From Clostridiaceae bacterium (GTDB lineage Bacteria > Bacillota > Clostridia > Saccharofermentanales > DTU023), in contig JAAYRL010000051.1 of NCBI GenBank assembly GCA_012518795.1, positions 89-64,088 of the forward strand: a stretch of 64,000 nt of DNA, written 5' to 3'. Below the pieces are notes generated by a model that was not told the origin of the DNA, made no database searches, and saw only the letters and a list, made by a program, of their open reading frames with translations. The position numbers and the translations under genes were made by a program. This document shows positions 8,601 to 18,548 of this stretch, piece by piece. Every line of letters begins with the position of its first letter. The stretch's first letter is position 1.

Positions 8601-9260
8601 ATGAAAATAATAATTATTGATGATGATGCTTTAGTCTGTGAAAGCTTAGCTACGATTGCAGTGCATGGAGCCATTAAGCAAGGCACAGAAGCGATTGAGG
8701 TGTTGGCTGTCGGACACGACGGTAAAGCAGCTATTGAACTATATAATAAATATCAGCCGGATATTATTTTATTAGATATCAGAATGCCTGAATTAGACGG
8801 ATTAGAAGCAGGTAAAATTATTTTGGAAAATAATCCGGAAGCTAAAATTCTCTATCTGACAACATTTTTAGATGAAGAATATATTGTGCAAGCTTTACGT
8901 ATTGGAGCTAAGGGCTATTTAATGAAATCAAGTGTGAAAAATGTTTTGCCGGCACTTTATGCAATTGAACGCGGTCAAAGAGTTTTCGGTGATGAAATCA
9001 TCGAGAAATTACCGCCTTTGTTAGATCAAGCTGCTAAAAACAAAACCGGTCAGCAAGCAAAAAATAATGTTTTTTCAAAGTTGTCAGCAACTGAGTATAC
9101 GATTGTGGAATTGATCGCCGATGGCAAAAATAATCGAGAGATTGCAGAAGCCTTACACTTCAGCGAAGGCACTATTCGCAACTATCTCTCGACCATCTTG
9201 GAAAAATTAAATTTAAGGGATCGGACTCAATTGGCTATCACTTATTATAAACAACATTAA
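8601..9260 (+). CDS. Response regulator, NarL/LuxR family
   Basis: REC domain (DDD...LLDIRMPELDG...K) plus a C-terminal LuxR HTH (REIAEALHFSEGTIRNYLSTILEKL). It starts 16 nt after the kinase stop. Confidence 0.92.
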   Translation: MKIIIIDDDALVCESLATIAVHGAIKQGTEAIEVLAVGHDGKAAIELYNKYQPDIILLDIRMPELDGLEAGKIILENNPEAKILYLTTFLDEEYIVQALRIGAKGYLMKSSVKNVLPALYAIERGQRVFGDEIIEKLPPLLDQAAKNKTGQQAKNNVFSKLSATEYTIVELIADGKNNREIAEALHFSEGTIRNYLSTILEKLNLRDRTQLAITYYKQH

Positions 9261-9316
9261 AACCGAGATGCATGTAAATTTCAGTTAATTGTAATTCAAA
9301 CTCGCTTTCAGTAACA

Positions 9317-10150
9317 TTAATCCTCAGATTCGTCTTCTTCAGATTCTTCAATTATTTCTCCCGGCAACATCATTGAACTTACTGCAGAATTCGATCCATA
9401 ATTTTCACCGTCACGACGATATGAGTGAAGCAAATCACTCTCGGCAAATGTAGATAAACCGACATAGTAAATATTCTCTTTTTGAACACCGTCTTTTATT
9501 AAAGTACTCGCGATAGCCTTGCGCAAATCCAATGTACGTTTACCGTTTTCATCAACGAAAATGATCTCTTCATAATTAGCAAATCCGCCATAAAAGAGTT
9601 CTATTACATCATCTTGAATTTCATAATTTTCACGTTCAATATGGGGACCGATGCCGACAATAATATCCGCAGGATCTGTTTGATAACGCATTACCATATT
9701 TTTTACGGCTTTCGAAGAAATTTTGGCAAGGGTTCCTTTCCAGCCGGAATGAATATTGGCTTGAACTTTTTGCACCGGATCAAATAATAAGACCGGAGCA
9801 CAATCAGCTACCGTAGAACATAAAGCAAAATGCCTTTGACTTGTAACCAATGCATCAATACCCATCGCGCGGTGTCCGAAAGGATACTTGCGACCCAGTT
9901 CTTTTTCATCAACTATTGAAACCCAATCAGAATGTTCCTGTTCCATAAAATAGAATTGACTAGGCTCTATTTCCATCGCCTGATAAATCTTTTCCAAATT
10001 TTCCGCAAAACATTGATTAAATTTTGAAGTTTCAGGTCGCATATCTAAATCTATAGTTGTAAAAACATGATTCAAACCGGCTTGTAAAAGCTCCGGAATC
10101 CTAATATAACGTATATTGTCAACAGTAATAATTTCATGTGATTCTGTCAT
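9317..10150 (-). CDS. pgeF: Peptidoglycan editing factor PgeF / YfiH (polyphenol oxidase/laccase-domain family)
   Basis: ORF 9317..10165. The second ATG at 10150 has AAAGGA upstream. Family motifs include TADCAPV, HSGWKG and SYRRDG. It carries an unusual acidic tail, EIIEESEEDESED. Confidence 0.8.
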   Translation of the reverse strand: MTESHEIITVDNIRYIRIPELLQAGLNHVFTTIDLDMRPETSKFNQCFAENLEKIYQAMEIEPSQFYFMEQEHSDWVSIVDEKELGRKYPFGHRAMGIDALVTSQRHFALCSTVADCAPVLLFDPVQKVQANIHSGWKGTLAKISSKAVKNMVMRYQTDPADIIVGIGPHIERENYEIQDDVIELFYGGFANYEEIIFVDENGKRTLDLRKAIASTLIKDGVQKENIYYVGLSTFAESDLLHSYRRDGENYGSNSAVSSMMLPGEIIEESEEDESED

Positions 10151-10384
10151 ATCTTTTCCTTTCATAATGTAGATTATGCAGATTGCCTTTTAGATTGCCT
10201 TGATAAAATAATATATATCAAAATAAATGTACCGGAATAATCACAATTATATTCAACAGACCGACAAATCTATCTTTGCATACCTCTTGTATTATAGCAT
10301 ATTCAAGCATTTTCAGCCTGATTTAAAGGAAAAAAAGATCGTGTTTATTTGTTCAAGCTAATAAAATCGCTCCTCATTTGCATT

Positions 10385-10424
10385 GATAAAAACACCACCG
10401 GGCCTACTCTGCTCCGGTGGTGTT
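10385..10424 (-). terminator. Intrinsic terminator downstream of the LRR surface-protein gene
   Basis: Minus strand: AACACCACCGG-12 nt loop-CCGGTGGTGTT followed by TTTTATC. Confidence 0.7.
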
Positions 10425-10468
10425 CCCACAAATTAGATAGTGTTAACTATTATATATGTTCTATTACT

Positions 10469-12523
10469 TTATTGCTTCGATACTTTCTTTTTGCGTACTA
10501 CATATAATAAACCGCCGGCAGAAATGAGAAGCACAATTAACCATTGATTAAGCCCGCTGCTTTCTCCCGTTCTCGGCAGAGTTTTGGTTGGTTGGCTCGA
10601 TGGTGTTACTTTTACTGTTTCAGAAGCAACTTGTGCTCTGATGTCTAATATACCTTTTGCTCCACCTATGCCCCTACTGGATCCACTCGCTTTAGAAACA
10701 ATTTCTACCGGATGTTGGCCTTCAGATAAAGCTTTCAGAAACCTCGATTTAAAGCTGACAATTGTTGAACCCTCTTTTACTTCGTAATCTGTCTCATCCA
10801 CTAGCTTGCCATCTACTAATACATATAAGAAATCCGTAAATTCCGCACTCGAGGTAAAGCTGGCAGGTTGATCTGAACCCATGATCCAAACAACTATCTT
10901 TTCAAGCATCTCAAATTCAAACGATTCGCTCGGTGCAGTTGCGACTTCCCAAAGAGCCTTTATCTCGGTATGCTCGGTAACTGTAACCGTATCACCCGGC
11001 TGTTTTTCGATGCCATTTACTTCCCATGCCTTAAAAATTTCTCCGGCCGGTGTAGTAAAATTACAGTCAGCTAATTTTGGTAAGATATATGTATAAGACT
11101 CACCTTCCTTAACTTCTGCAATCAGCTGCGGAGATTCAATTCCGTTATTGGGATTCAAGGAAACATTAAATCTGTATGCTAAATTGACAGTAACATCCAT
11201 TCTTTTTAATGGATTTTGTCCAATTTTTACATCATAGTCATAGGTAATGCCCTTGATTTTTTTGCTTGAATCAACCGTTAATATTCCGTTAGCCTTATTA
11301 TAAACTACACCTTCCGGCAATAAATTACCGTCGGATTGTTTCACATCAGTAATATTTGCAATATTGAGATCAGGTATACTTGTCAGATCAAAATGATAAA
11401 TATTGTTATTTAATGTGGAAAACAAAGCGGTCGGATAGATTTGATTGCTTAAATCTATTTCATCATTTGCCACTAGGTTTATATTATTACTTAAATCCAG
11501 AGAAGTTAATTTGTTGTTACCACAACCCAACCATCTCAATTCAGTATTATTCTTAACATCAAGTGAAGTAAGTTGATTATTGAAGCAGGACAAATTTCGC
11601 AACACAACGTTATTACTTACATCAAGTGAGCTGAGTTGATTGTTGGTGCAGAACAAATCCAGCAATGCAACATTTTTACTTACATCAAGTGAGCTGAGTT
11701 GATTATTAGCGCAATACAAATATGCCAATGCGTTATTTTTACTTATATCAAGTGAAGTAAGTTGATTGCGATGACAAGATAAATGTTCTAACGCAGCATT
11801 TTGACTAATATCTAGTGAAACGATTTGATTGTTGGAGCAATTCAAATTTTGCAACGTAACGTTTTTACTTACATCAAGTGAGGAAAGTTGATTGTTAGAG
11901 CAATACAAATCTAACAACGCAACATTATTACTAACATCAATTGAGGTAAGTTGATTGGAGCTGCAATCTAAATATTGCAATGCAGCGTTGTTACTTACAT
12001 CAAGTAAGCTGAGTTGGTTGGAGTCACAATCTAAATATTGCAACGCAGAGTTGTTACTTACATCAAGTGAGACAAGTTGATTATATCTGCAAATTAAATT
12101 TTGTAACGCAGCATTCTTACTAATATCAAGTAAAGTGAGTTGGTTGAAGTCACATATTAAATTTTGTAACGCAGCGTTTTTACTTACATCAAGTGAGGTG
12201 AGTTTATTATAAGAGCAATTCAATTCTTCCAACGCAGTAAAGTGTTCTATTCCTTTTAAGTCAGCTATTTTTTGCTCGTCTGCTACCAAGCCACCTTTAC
12301 AATCTATTACAGTAATTACACTTAATTCATTAACCTGTAAAATTTTGTCGCCATCAGTGTCATATTGCTCTACAATAGATCTGAAGTTAGCATCAGGGAA
12401 ATTTGTCTCGTTAATTATTACATCTCCCTCAGCCGCATGTACAGGCTTACCTATATTTAGTAAAAAGGATAGGGCTATCAGAAATACAAGGAATAGTCCT
12501 GTCTTTCTTTTATTATTTGTCAT
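10469..12523 (-). CDS. Cell-wall anchored leucine-rich-repeat surface protein (LPXTG)
   Basis: Signal peptide ending VHA-AEG. About 12-13 consecutive 22-aa LRRs (LxxLxCxxNQLTSLDVSxNxAL). A Listeria-Bacteroides (Flg_new)-type repeat. C-terminal LPRTG, then a hydrophobic stretch and RKKK. Confidence 0.9.
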   Translation of the reverse strand: MTNNKRKTGLFLVFLIALSFLLNIGKPVHAAEGDVIINETNFPDANFRSIVEQYDTDGDKILQVNELSVITVIDCKGGLVADEQKIADLKGIEHFTALEELNCSYNKLTSLDVSKNAALQNLICDFNQLTLLDISKNAALQNLICRYNQLVSLDVSNNSALQYLDCDSNQLSLLDVSNNAALQYLDCSSNQLTSIDVSNNVALLDLYCSNNQLSSLDVSKNVTLQNLNCSNNQIVSLDISQNAALEHLSCHRNQLTSLDISKNNALAYLYCANNQLSSLDVSKNVALLDLFCTNNQLSSLDVSNNVVLRNLSCFNNQLTSLDVKNNTELRWLGCGNNKLTSLDLSNNINLVANDEIDLSNQIYPTALFSTLNNNIYHFDLTSIPDLNIANITDVKQSDGNLLPEGVVYNKANGILTVDSSKKIKGITYDYDVKIGQNPLKRMDVTVNLAYRFNVSLNPNNGIESPQLIAEVKEGESYTYILPKLADCNFTTPAGEIFKAWEVNGIEKQPGDTVTVTEHTEIKALWEVATAPSESFEFEMLEKIVVWIMGSDQPASFTSSAEFTDFLYVLVDGKLVDETDYEVKEGSTIVSFKSRFLKALSEGQHPVEIVSKASGSSRGIGGAKGILDIRAQVASETVKVTPSSQPTKTLPRTGESSGLNQWLIVLLISAGGLLYVVRKKKVSKQ
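11476..12262. repeat. 66-bp periodic coding repeats (LRR modules)
   Basis: Recurrent strings such as TTACTTACATCAAGTGA and TTGCAACGCAGC appear every 66 nt within the LRR gene. Confidence 0.85.
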
Positions 12524-12853
12524 GTCTTCCTCCTCTTTTCTCTGCTATTTTCAATCCCGGTTCAGGCCTTGACTTTTTATAGCTGTCTTTTCAATATTAT
12601 TCTTTTTTTCTGTAATTAGTGACAACAAAATTTGAGATTGCGTTTTATAAGATTACGCTTTATATCGTAATCTAAGAGTTCCAACATACAAAATACCCAC
12701 ATGACAATAAGTCTTGCGGGTGATCCTCAAATAACTGATTTGCTTTTTCCTGAACATCTGAAAGAGACCGAACTCCTCGCCCTGTCTGTTGTTTGTCTAG
12801 CAAAGGATTTTGATACGTCCGTCTCATACCTGTCAAGCCTTTTTAATAATAAT

Positions 12854-12883
12854 CGATTCAATTCGATTCGATTCGATTCGATT
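12854..12883. repeat. Pentanucleotide microsatellite (CGATT)n
   Basis: CGATT CAATT CGATT CGATT CGATT CGATT: four perfect consecutive units plus degenerate flanks. It lies about 20 nt upstream of a minus-strand TTGACA at 12836..12831. Confidence 0.9.
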
Positions 12884-13081
12884 CTTGAATTGCCGTTAAA
12901 ACTAAAATTGTATTTAATTTTATTCCACAATTCATCAATTAAAATTGAGTGCTGACCTAACAAATAAAAATATATCATAAACCTGTCATACTAGCCAGAA
13001 AATTACAAAATATCTACATTTTGTCAAATGACAATTTATAAGGTTTTTCAGCATACAAAAATAAGCTGCTATATTCTTTAT

Positions 13082-13897
13082 TCAAATTCTCAGTTCGGTA
13101 AATTTTAGGGAATATTGCTCATCGAGCATGATTGTATCGATCATCTGTCTGAAAGTAGTTGAGAGATCACTTGCGTAAAATTTATATGTCGCTTTTTGTT
13201 CAGGATCAGCTCTCAGATTCAAGCTGACTAAAAGATCTTCAATTTTTTCTGCTTGCGAAAATGCCGGATCCAGTAGGATAATTCCCGGATAGATACTTTT
13301 GATCTTATGTTTAATTAAAGGATAGTGCGTACAGCCTAAAATCAAATAATCCGGTTGATACTCCGCAATGAAATCATCTAAATAATAGCGGATATGTGCA
13401 TCCATCACCGGTGCATCGTGTAAACCTTCTTCAATTAAGGTAACAAATAACGGACATGCTTGGGAAACTACTTTGACTTTCGGTAATCTTAGTCTGATTG
13501 CTTTTTCATATGTTTTGCTCTTGATTGTTACTTCCGTACCGATCACAGCTATTGTTGAATTTTCCTCAATAAAACCCGGCAGACTTGCCACTATCGGCTC
13601 AATTATGCCTAAAAAAGGAATGTGCGGATAATTTCGCTTTAAAGTATCCAAACTGGCAGCACTCACCGTATTACATGCTATAGCAATGATTTTCACATCA
13701 CGCATCAAGAGAAATTCTGTAATTTGTTGCGAGAATTGATTAATCGTATCAATTGATTTTGAACCGTACGGTGTGCGTGCCGTATCACCGAAATAAATAA
13801 TGTTCTCATTAGGCAACAAAGCCTTAATTCGTTTCAAAGATGTTAATCCGCCAAGACCGGAATCAAAAACTCCGATCGGTCTGTTATCAATATTCAA
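13082..13897 (-). CDS. murI: Glutamate racemase
   Basis: GVFDSGLGGLT, IACNTVSA and LGCTHYPL (the two catalytic Cys motifs). Confidence 0.93.
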   Translation of the reverse strand: MNIDNRPIGVFDSGLGGLTSLKRIKALLPNENIIYFGDTARTPYGSKSIDTINQFSQQITEFLLMRDVKIIAIACNTVSAASLDTLKRNYPHIPFLGIIEPIVASLPGFIEENSTIAVIGTEVTIKSKTYEKAIRLRLPKVKVVSQACPLFVTLIEEGLHDAPVMDAHIRYYLDDFIAEYQPDYLILGCTHYPLIKHKIKSIYPGIILLDPAFSQAEKIEDLLVSLNLRADPEQKATYKFYASDLSTTFRQMIDTIMLDEQYSLKFTELRI

Positions 13898-13979
13898 ATC
13901 TCATTCCTCACTATTTTTTAATCATTTTTACCTATAAATAATCCAGTTGTTCTCTAGACAAACATTCTTTATCAACATT

Positions 13980-16133
13980 TTATTTGGGATTTAATTTGTT
14001 GTTTAATTTCATACTTAATTCCAAACGTTGTGACTGGGAATCATAAGACTCAACTTCTACTTTTACATTTTGCCCGACCGCAACAATTTTGAAAGGATCT
14101 TTCACATAATGATCAGCCATCTTAGAAACATGAACCAAGCCGTCATGTTCTATGCCAACATCGACAAATGCACCGAATGCCACAACATTGCGTACAACTC
14201 CGTCCAGGATCATTCCCGGTTTCAAATCGGATCCTTTGAGAATATCCGATTTTAAAACAGGTTGAGCAAAGTCCTCCCTCGGATCACGATTCGGTTTAAG
14301 TAAACTTGCTGTTATTTCTCTCAAAGTATAAACATCTAAAGCAAAAAGATCGCATATTTCCGCTTCATCTTGCTCCGCCAATTTCTGTCCCAATTCTGAA
14401 GATACCGGCAATTTGAAATAATCAGCCATATTTTGCGTTACTTCATATGATTCAGGATGCACTGCAGTTTGATCTAAAAATAATGCCGCATCGGAAATTC
14501 TCAAAAATCCTGCCGCCTGTTCAAAAGTTTTCGGTCCTAAATATTTAACTTGTTTCAATTGTTCTCTCGAGGTAAAACCGGAAAGTTCCTTTCTGGTTGC
14601 AACAATTTCAGCTGCAATACGCGGAGTCAAACCGGCAACATAAGACAAAACATGGGGTGAAGCGGTATTCAAATCTACACCAACTTGATTTACACAATCC
14701 TCAACTACATCAGCTAAAGCTTTGTCCAATTTTTTCTCATTTAAATCATGTTGATATTGTCCGACCCCGATTGCTTTCGGTTCAATCTTGACCAATTCAG
14801 CTAAAGGGTCCTGCACACGCCTGGCAATTGATACGGCAGATCTGAGATTGACATCCATTTCGGGAAATTCTTCAGCTGCTACCTCAGATGCTGAATAAAC
14901 AGATGCTCCGGCTTCCGAAACGATTAGCCACTTCAATTTTAATCTATTTCGCTCAACAAATTCCGCAATCCATAATTCAGATTCCCTGGAAGCAGTACCG
15001 TTACCTATTGCTACAAGGTCAACACGATGTTCTGACAACATTCCTAGCAATTGTTGTTCGGCAAACAAAGAATCTTGTTTTGATTCAAAAGGATAAATCG
15101 TATTTATCGCGACAACCTCTCCTCTTTTGTCAATTAAAGCTAATTTACAGCCATGTGTATAACCGGGATCCCAGCCGAGAATATTGTAATCTTTGATTGG
15201 AGGCTGCAACAATAAATTGCGCAGATTTTTTGCAAACATTTCAATCGATTCGTCTTCGGCAATTTCACTTTTCATCTTGAATAAATCATTACGTAAGGAA
15301 GGTAACAATAAGCGTTTCCAACTGTCTTCGCACATGGCAAACAATCTGGGATATAGTTGGGAATTTTCCGGGATATACCAACGACTTAATAACGAAACAA
15401 TCTGTGCATCAGGACAAACAAAACTTACTCGAAGAAAACCTTCCCGTTCACCTCTCTGAATTGCGAGCCAACGGTGAGCTTCCATTGTTTCAATTTTTTC
15501 CTGATAATCATAATACATACGGTATACACTATCGGTATCCGTCTTTTGTTTGGTTTGGATCACGCCTTGCTGCAACATCAATTTGCGTAAACCTCGCCGG
15601 ACATCAGGTTTATCCGATAAATCTTCCGCCAAAATATCCAGTCCGCCTTGGATCACAGATTCAACGGATTTAAGTTCCGGGATGTCGGCTTTAATCAGAA
15701 ACGCTTGAGCTTTCTCTAACAAGCCTTGCTCGGTTGCATTAGCCGACAACATATAATCAGCCAAAGGTTGTAAACCTTGTTCGATTGCTTTACTTGCTCT
15801 GGTTTGCCTTTTGATTTTATATGGTCGATAAAGATCCTCGACTGTAGCCAGATTGGATGCTTCAATAATTTTTGCTTCAAGTTCCGGTGTTAATTTTCCC
15901 CTCTCGGTTATTAAACGCAAAACTTCATCTTTTCTTTCCTTTAATTTGAGCAACCTTTGCCATTCAGTTTCGAACTTTCGCAAGGTCTGGTCATCCAAAT
16001 CTCCCGTCTCCTGTTTACGATAACGGGCAATAAAAGGTACCGTATTTCCATCCGATAAAAGATTTATTATCTGTTCAGCATTGAGCCGGGCTATTTTAAA
16101 AGTATTACCTAATTGAGAAATAATTGCTTGCAA
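13980..16133 (-). CDS. tex: Tex-like transcription accessory protein (YqgF/HHH/S1 domains)
   Basis: 717 aa. N-terminal NTVPFIARYRKE-type motif and a C-terminal S1 domain (GMILDGVVRNVVAFGAFVDVG...GLVHVS). Confidence 0.9.
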   Translation of the reverse strand: MQAIISQLGNTFKIARLNAEQIINLLSDGNTVPFIARYRKQETGDLDDQTLRKFETEWQRLLKLKERKDEVLRLITERGKLTPELEAKIIEASNLATVEDLYRPYKIKRQTRASKAIEQGLQPLADYMLSANATEQGLLEKAQAFLIKADIPELKSVESVIQGGLDILAEDLSDKPDVRRGLRKLMLQQGVIQTKQKTDTDSVYRMYYDYQEKIETMEAHRWLAIQRGEREGFLRVSFVCPDAQIVSLLSRWYIPENSQLYPRLFAMCEDSWKRLLLPSLRNDLFKMKSEIAEDESIEMFAKNLRNLLLQPPIKDYNILGWDPGYTHGCKLALIDKRGEVVAINTIYPFESKQDSLFAEQQLLGMLSEHRVDLVAIGNGTASRESELWIAEFVERNRLKLKWLIVSEAGASVYSASEVAAEEFPEMDVNLRSAVSIARRVQDPLAELVKIEPKAIGVGQYQHDLNEKKLDKALADVVEDCVNQVGVDLNTASPHVLSYVAGLTPRIAAEIVATRKELSGFTSREQLKQVKYLGPKTFEQAAGFLRISDAALFLDQTAVHPESYEVTQNMADYFKLPVSSELGQKLAEQDEAEICDLFALDVYTLREITASLLKPNRDPREDFAQPVLKSDILKGSDLKPGMILDGVVRNVVAFGAFVDVGIEHDGLVHVSKMADHYVKDPFKIVAVGQNVKVEVESYDSQSQRLELSMKLNNKLNPK

Positions 16134-16211
16134 AATATTACCTCTGAAATTGTATTTGGAATCCTATTTGGATTTATTTGTTTTTTAATTATATTTTAAT
16201 CACTTTGAAAT

Positions 16212-17060
16212 TTACTTATCTATATCAAGTCGTTTCGGAGATCCGCATTTGGGCTGACCTTGATTAAGTTCTTCATATTTAAAAGTTTTTGTTTCCGTAT
16301 CTCCGTCTATTTCTATAAAAACACGTGCAGTTTCTTTCAGCAAATTAACAGAAGCTACTTTTCCTTCCCCTAAAGGAGTTTGAACAATTTGTCCTATTTT
16401 GGGCATCCTTTTATATGCATCAACATAAGCATCATGTTCATATTGCAAACAACATAATAATCTGCCGCAAGCACCTGAAATTTTGGCAGGATTCATTGCC
16501 AGATTTTGTTGTTTCGCCATTTTGATTGAAACCGGATAGAAATCTTGCAAGAATGAACAACAACATAATTCTTGACCACAAACTCCTAATCCGCCGATCA
16601 AACGAGCTTCATCTCGCACACCGATTTGACGCAGTTCAATCCTCAGACGAAAAATACTTGCCAAATCTTTGACTAAGTCACGAAAATCAATTCTGCCTTC
16701 AGCTGTAAAATAGAAGATAATGCGTTGATTATCAAACATGCATTCAACATCTACCAAATTCATATTAAGTCCATGTTCTTTAATTTTCTCTTTGGCTATT
16801 TCGAAGGCCTCTTCTTCTATTTTTAAGTTTTCCGCAAAATGATCCATGTCTTCTTCAGTCGCCTTGCGCATAACCGGTTTTAATTCATGTTCAAAATTGC
16901 TAATATCTATACCGGAAATTTCACCGGTACAAAAACCCAAATCTACGCCTTGCGAAGTACTAACAATTACCGCATCATTCGTATGTAAATCCAAATCCCG
17001 CGGATCAAAATAGTATACTTTTCCACGCCCGTGCAAACGAACGCTAACTACTCTTGTCAT
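16212..17060 (-). CDS. ricT: PSP1-domain protein YaaT/RicT
   Basis: PSP1 C-terminal domain with a Cys cluster (CGQELCCCSF...CGRLLCCLQYE). Position downstream of holB matches Bacillus. Confidence 0.85.
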   Translation of the reverse strand: MTRVVSVRLHGRGKVYYFDPRDLDLHTNDAVIVSTSQGVDLGFCTGEISGIDISNFEHELKPVMRKATEEDMDHFAENLKIEEEAFEIAKEKIKEHGLNMNLVDVECMFDNQRIIFYFTAEGRIDFRDLVKDLASIFRLRIELRQIGVRDEARLIGGLGVCGQELCCCSFLQDFYPVSIKMAKQQNLAMNPAKISGACGRLLCCLQYEHDAYVDAYKRMPKIGQIVQTPLGEGKVASVNLLKETARVFIEIDGDTETKTFKYEELNQGQPKCGSPKRLDIDK

Positions 17061-17115
17061 TTATATGTAATCCTTTCTCAATGTTTATACCTGAGATTAA
17101 AGTTTAGACTAAATT

Positions 17116-18216
17116 TTAATCTATATGTAAATCCTTTCTTAGCGTTAATAAAAGCTGTCCGATCATACCTTCAAAACTTGCATTAACTTTGCCGGCTTGA
17201 CGAACTTCCGTAATTGCATCAAAAGCATGCAAGAGATTTTTGACATATTCTTGCTTGGCATCAACGGATTTATTCAAATAGGCTTGAGCCAACCTCAAAA
17301 TACGAGCCCTCAAATCATGTTGTTTCAACTGTTCAGAATTTTGATCGCGTAAAAGAAGCAATAAATCTCTGATCAAACCTTGCCATAAATCAAAAATTAA
17401 ATCAGCATATTCTTTATTATCTTTAAAATAGTCTATACCGGATGATAATAGTTCCGTCCGATTCGTTGTCGGGAACGTGAAAAACAAATCATTTGCTTCT
17501 TGACGTATCTTTTTGAAATCTTCATCAATTGCTATCTGTAATGCATTGCTCGGATTACCGGAAGCATATTGTACAATATAATCCAAGTCTGCCGTAAGCC
17601 CTTTTTGTTGTAGTATCGCTTTTATTTCATTGTCTTTATATCTTTGGAAATTAAAAATTGCAACTCTGGATAATATTGTCGGCAATAGATTATCCTGTAA
17701 AGTAGTCATCAACAAAAAAACAGCATATTCAGGCGGTTCTTCCAAAGATTTCAACAAAGCATTCTGACCTTGTTCCTTTAAGTCATCCATGTCGATCAGG
17801 TAAATTTTATGATCACCGATTTGTGGTCTGGTTTGAATATCTGCCACAACATCACGTCTTATGCGATCAACTTTAATTATTCGCTCATCACCGCGATCGA
17901 TCAGCTTAAAGTCCGGATGAGTTCCTGCCGAAAAAAAGCGGCAGGCATCACATTGATTACAAGCCGGCGGAGTTGTATCAGGAATTTTAGAATTTGATTT
18001 TTTTGTTAGAGGAAACTTGTTGTTTTGACAGAGGATAATTTTGGCAAATTCCAGTGCAAAAGACTTTTTACCCATACCTGCATTTCCGACAAATAAGAAA
18101 GCATGCTGAACAGGACTCCCTGCAACCAGAGAATCCTGCAATCTGGCTTTTAGATTAACTTGTCCTATTAAAGTATCGGTAGACAAATTACATTCTCTCG
18201 TAATGATCAACATCAA
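17116..18216 (-). CDS. holB: DNA polymerase III subunit delta prime
   Basis: AAA+ clamp-loader fold with HAFLFVGNAGMGK and a zinc-module CNQCDACRFF. Conserved tmk-yaaQ-holB-yaaT order. It overlaps the upstream gene by 29 nt. Confidence 0.85.
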   Translation of the reverse strand: MMLIITRECNLSTDTLIGQVNLKARLQDSLVAGSPVQHAFLFVGNAGMGKKSFALEFAKIILCQNNKFPLTKKSNSKIPDTTPPACNQCDACRFFSAGTHPDFKLIDRGDERIIKVDRIRRDVVADIQTRPQIGDHKIYLIDMDDLKEQGQNALLKSLEEPPEYAVFLLMTTLQDNLLPTILSRVAIFNFQRYKDNEIKAILQQKGLTADLDYIVQYASGNPSNALQIAIDEDFKKIRQEANDLFFTFPTTNRTELLSSGIDYFKDNKEYADLIFDLWQGLIRDLLLLLRDQNSEQLKQHDLRARILRLAQAYLNKSVDAKQEYVKNLLHAFDAITEVRQAGKVNASFEGMIGQLLLTLRKDLHID

Positions 18217-18517
18217 TCACAAATACTGTCGCACCGCCGATATTAACTTCAACAGGATATGGTAAATAGGAATTACCCATACCGGTAGGTGTCATTGCAG
18301 TATTGATTGTGGCTTTTCTGCTGCTGGAATTTTTCCGTACAATATCTAAAGCCCTGTTTAATTCAGGTTCATCGACCCCGATCAATAAAGTCGTATTTCC
18401 GGATCGCAAAAATCCCCCTGTACTACTCAGCTTTGTAACACGGAATTGTGCCTTGTTTAATTCCGATACCAAACGTGAAGCATCTTCATCATTCACAATA
18501 GCTAAAATCAATTTCAT
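18188..18517 (-). CDS. darA: PII-like cyclic-di-AMP receptor (YaaQ/DarA, DUF970)
   Basis: 109 aa: MKLILAIVNDEDASRLVSELNKAQFRVTKLSSTGGFLRSGNTTLLIGV. Conserved synteny between tmk and holB. Confidence 0.8.
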   Translation of the reverse strand: MKLILAIVNDEDASRLVSELNKAQFRVTKLSSTGGFLRSGNTTLLIGVDEPELNRALDIVRKNSSSRKATINTAMTPTGMGNSYLPYPVEVNIGGATVFVIDVDHYERM

Positions 18518-18548
18518 CTATCTATCCTCCAAGAATAACTGACCACTT

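Noticed and set aside
12524-12836. c-di-GMP riboswitch (GEMM-I/II) in the long region upstream of the LRR adhesin
   Set aside because: I looked for GEMM-like cores (GGCAAA...GACGCAAAGCC, or the class II ACGCAC/GCAACCGACC-type motifs) on the minus strand and found nothing convincing. A covariance-model scan would be needed to exclude it.
12701-12978. Mutually overlapping ORFs 12701..12955 (+) and 12727..12978 (-) in the murI/LRR intergenic region
   Set aside because: There is no SD. They overlap each other on opposite strands, contain the pentanucleotide microsatellite and show no recognisable motifs. I treated the region as non-coding regulatory DNA.
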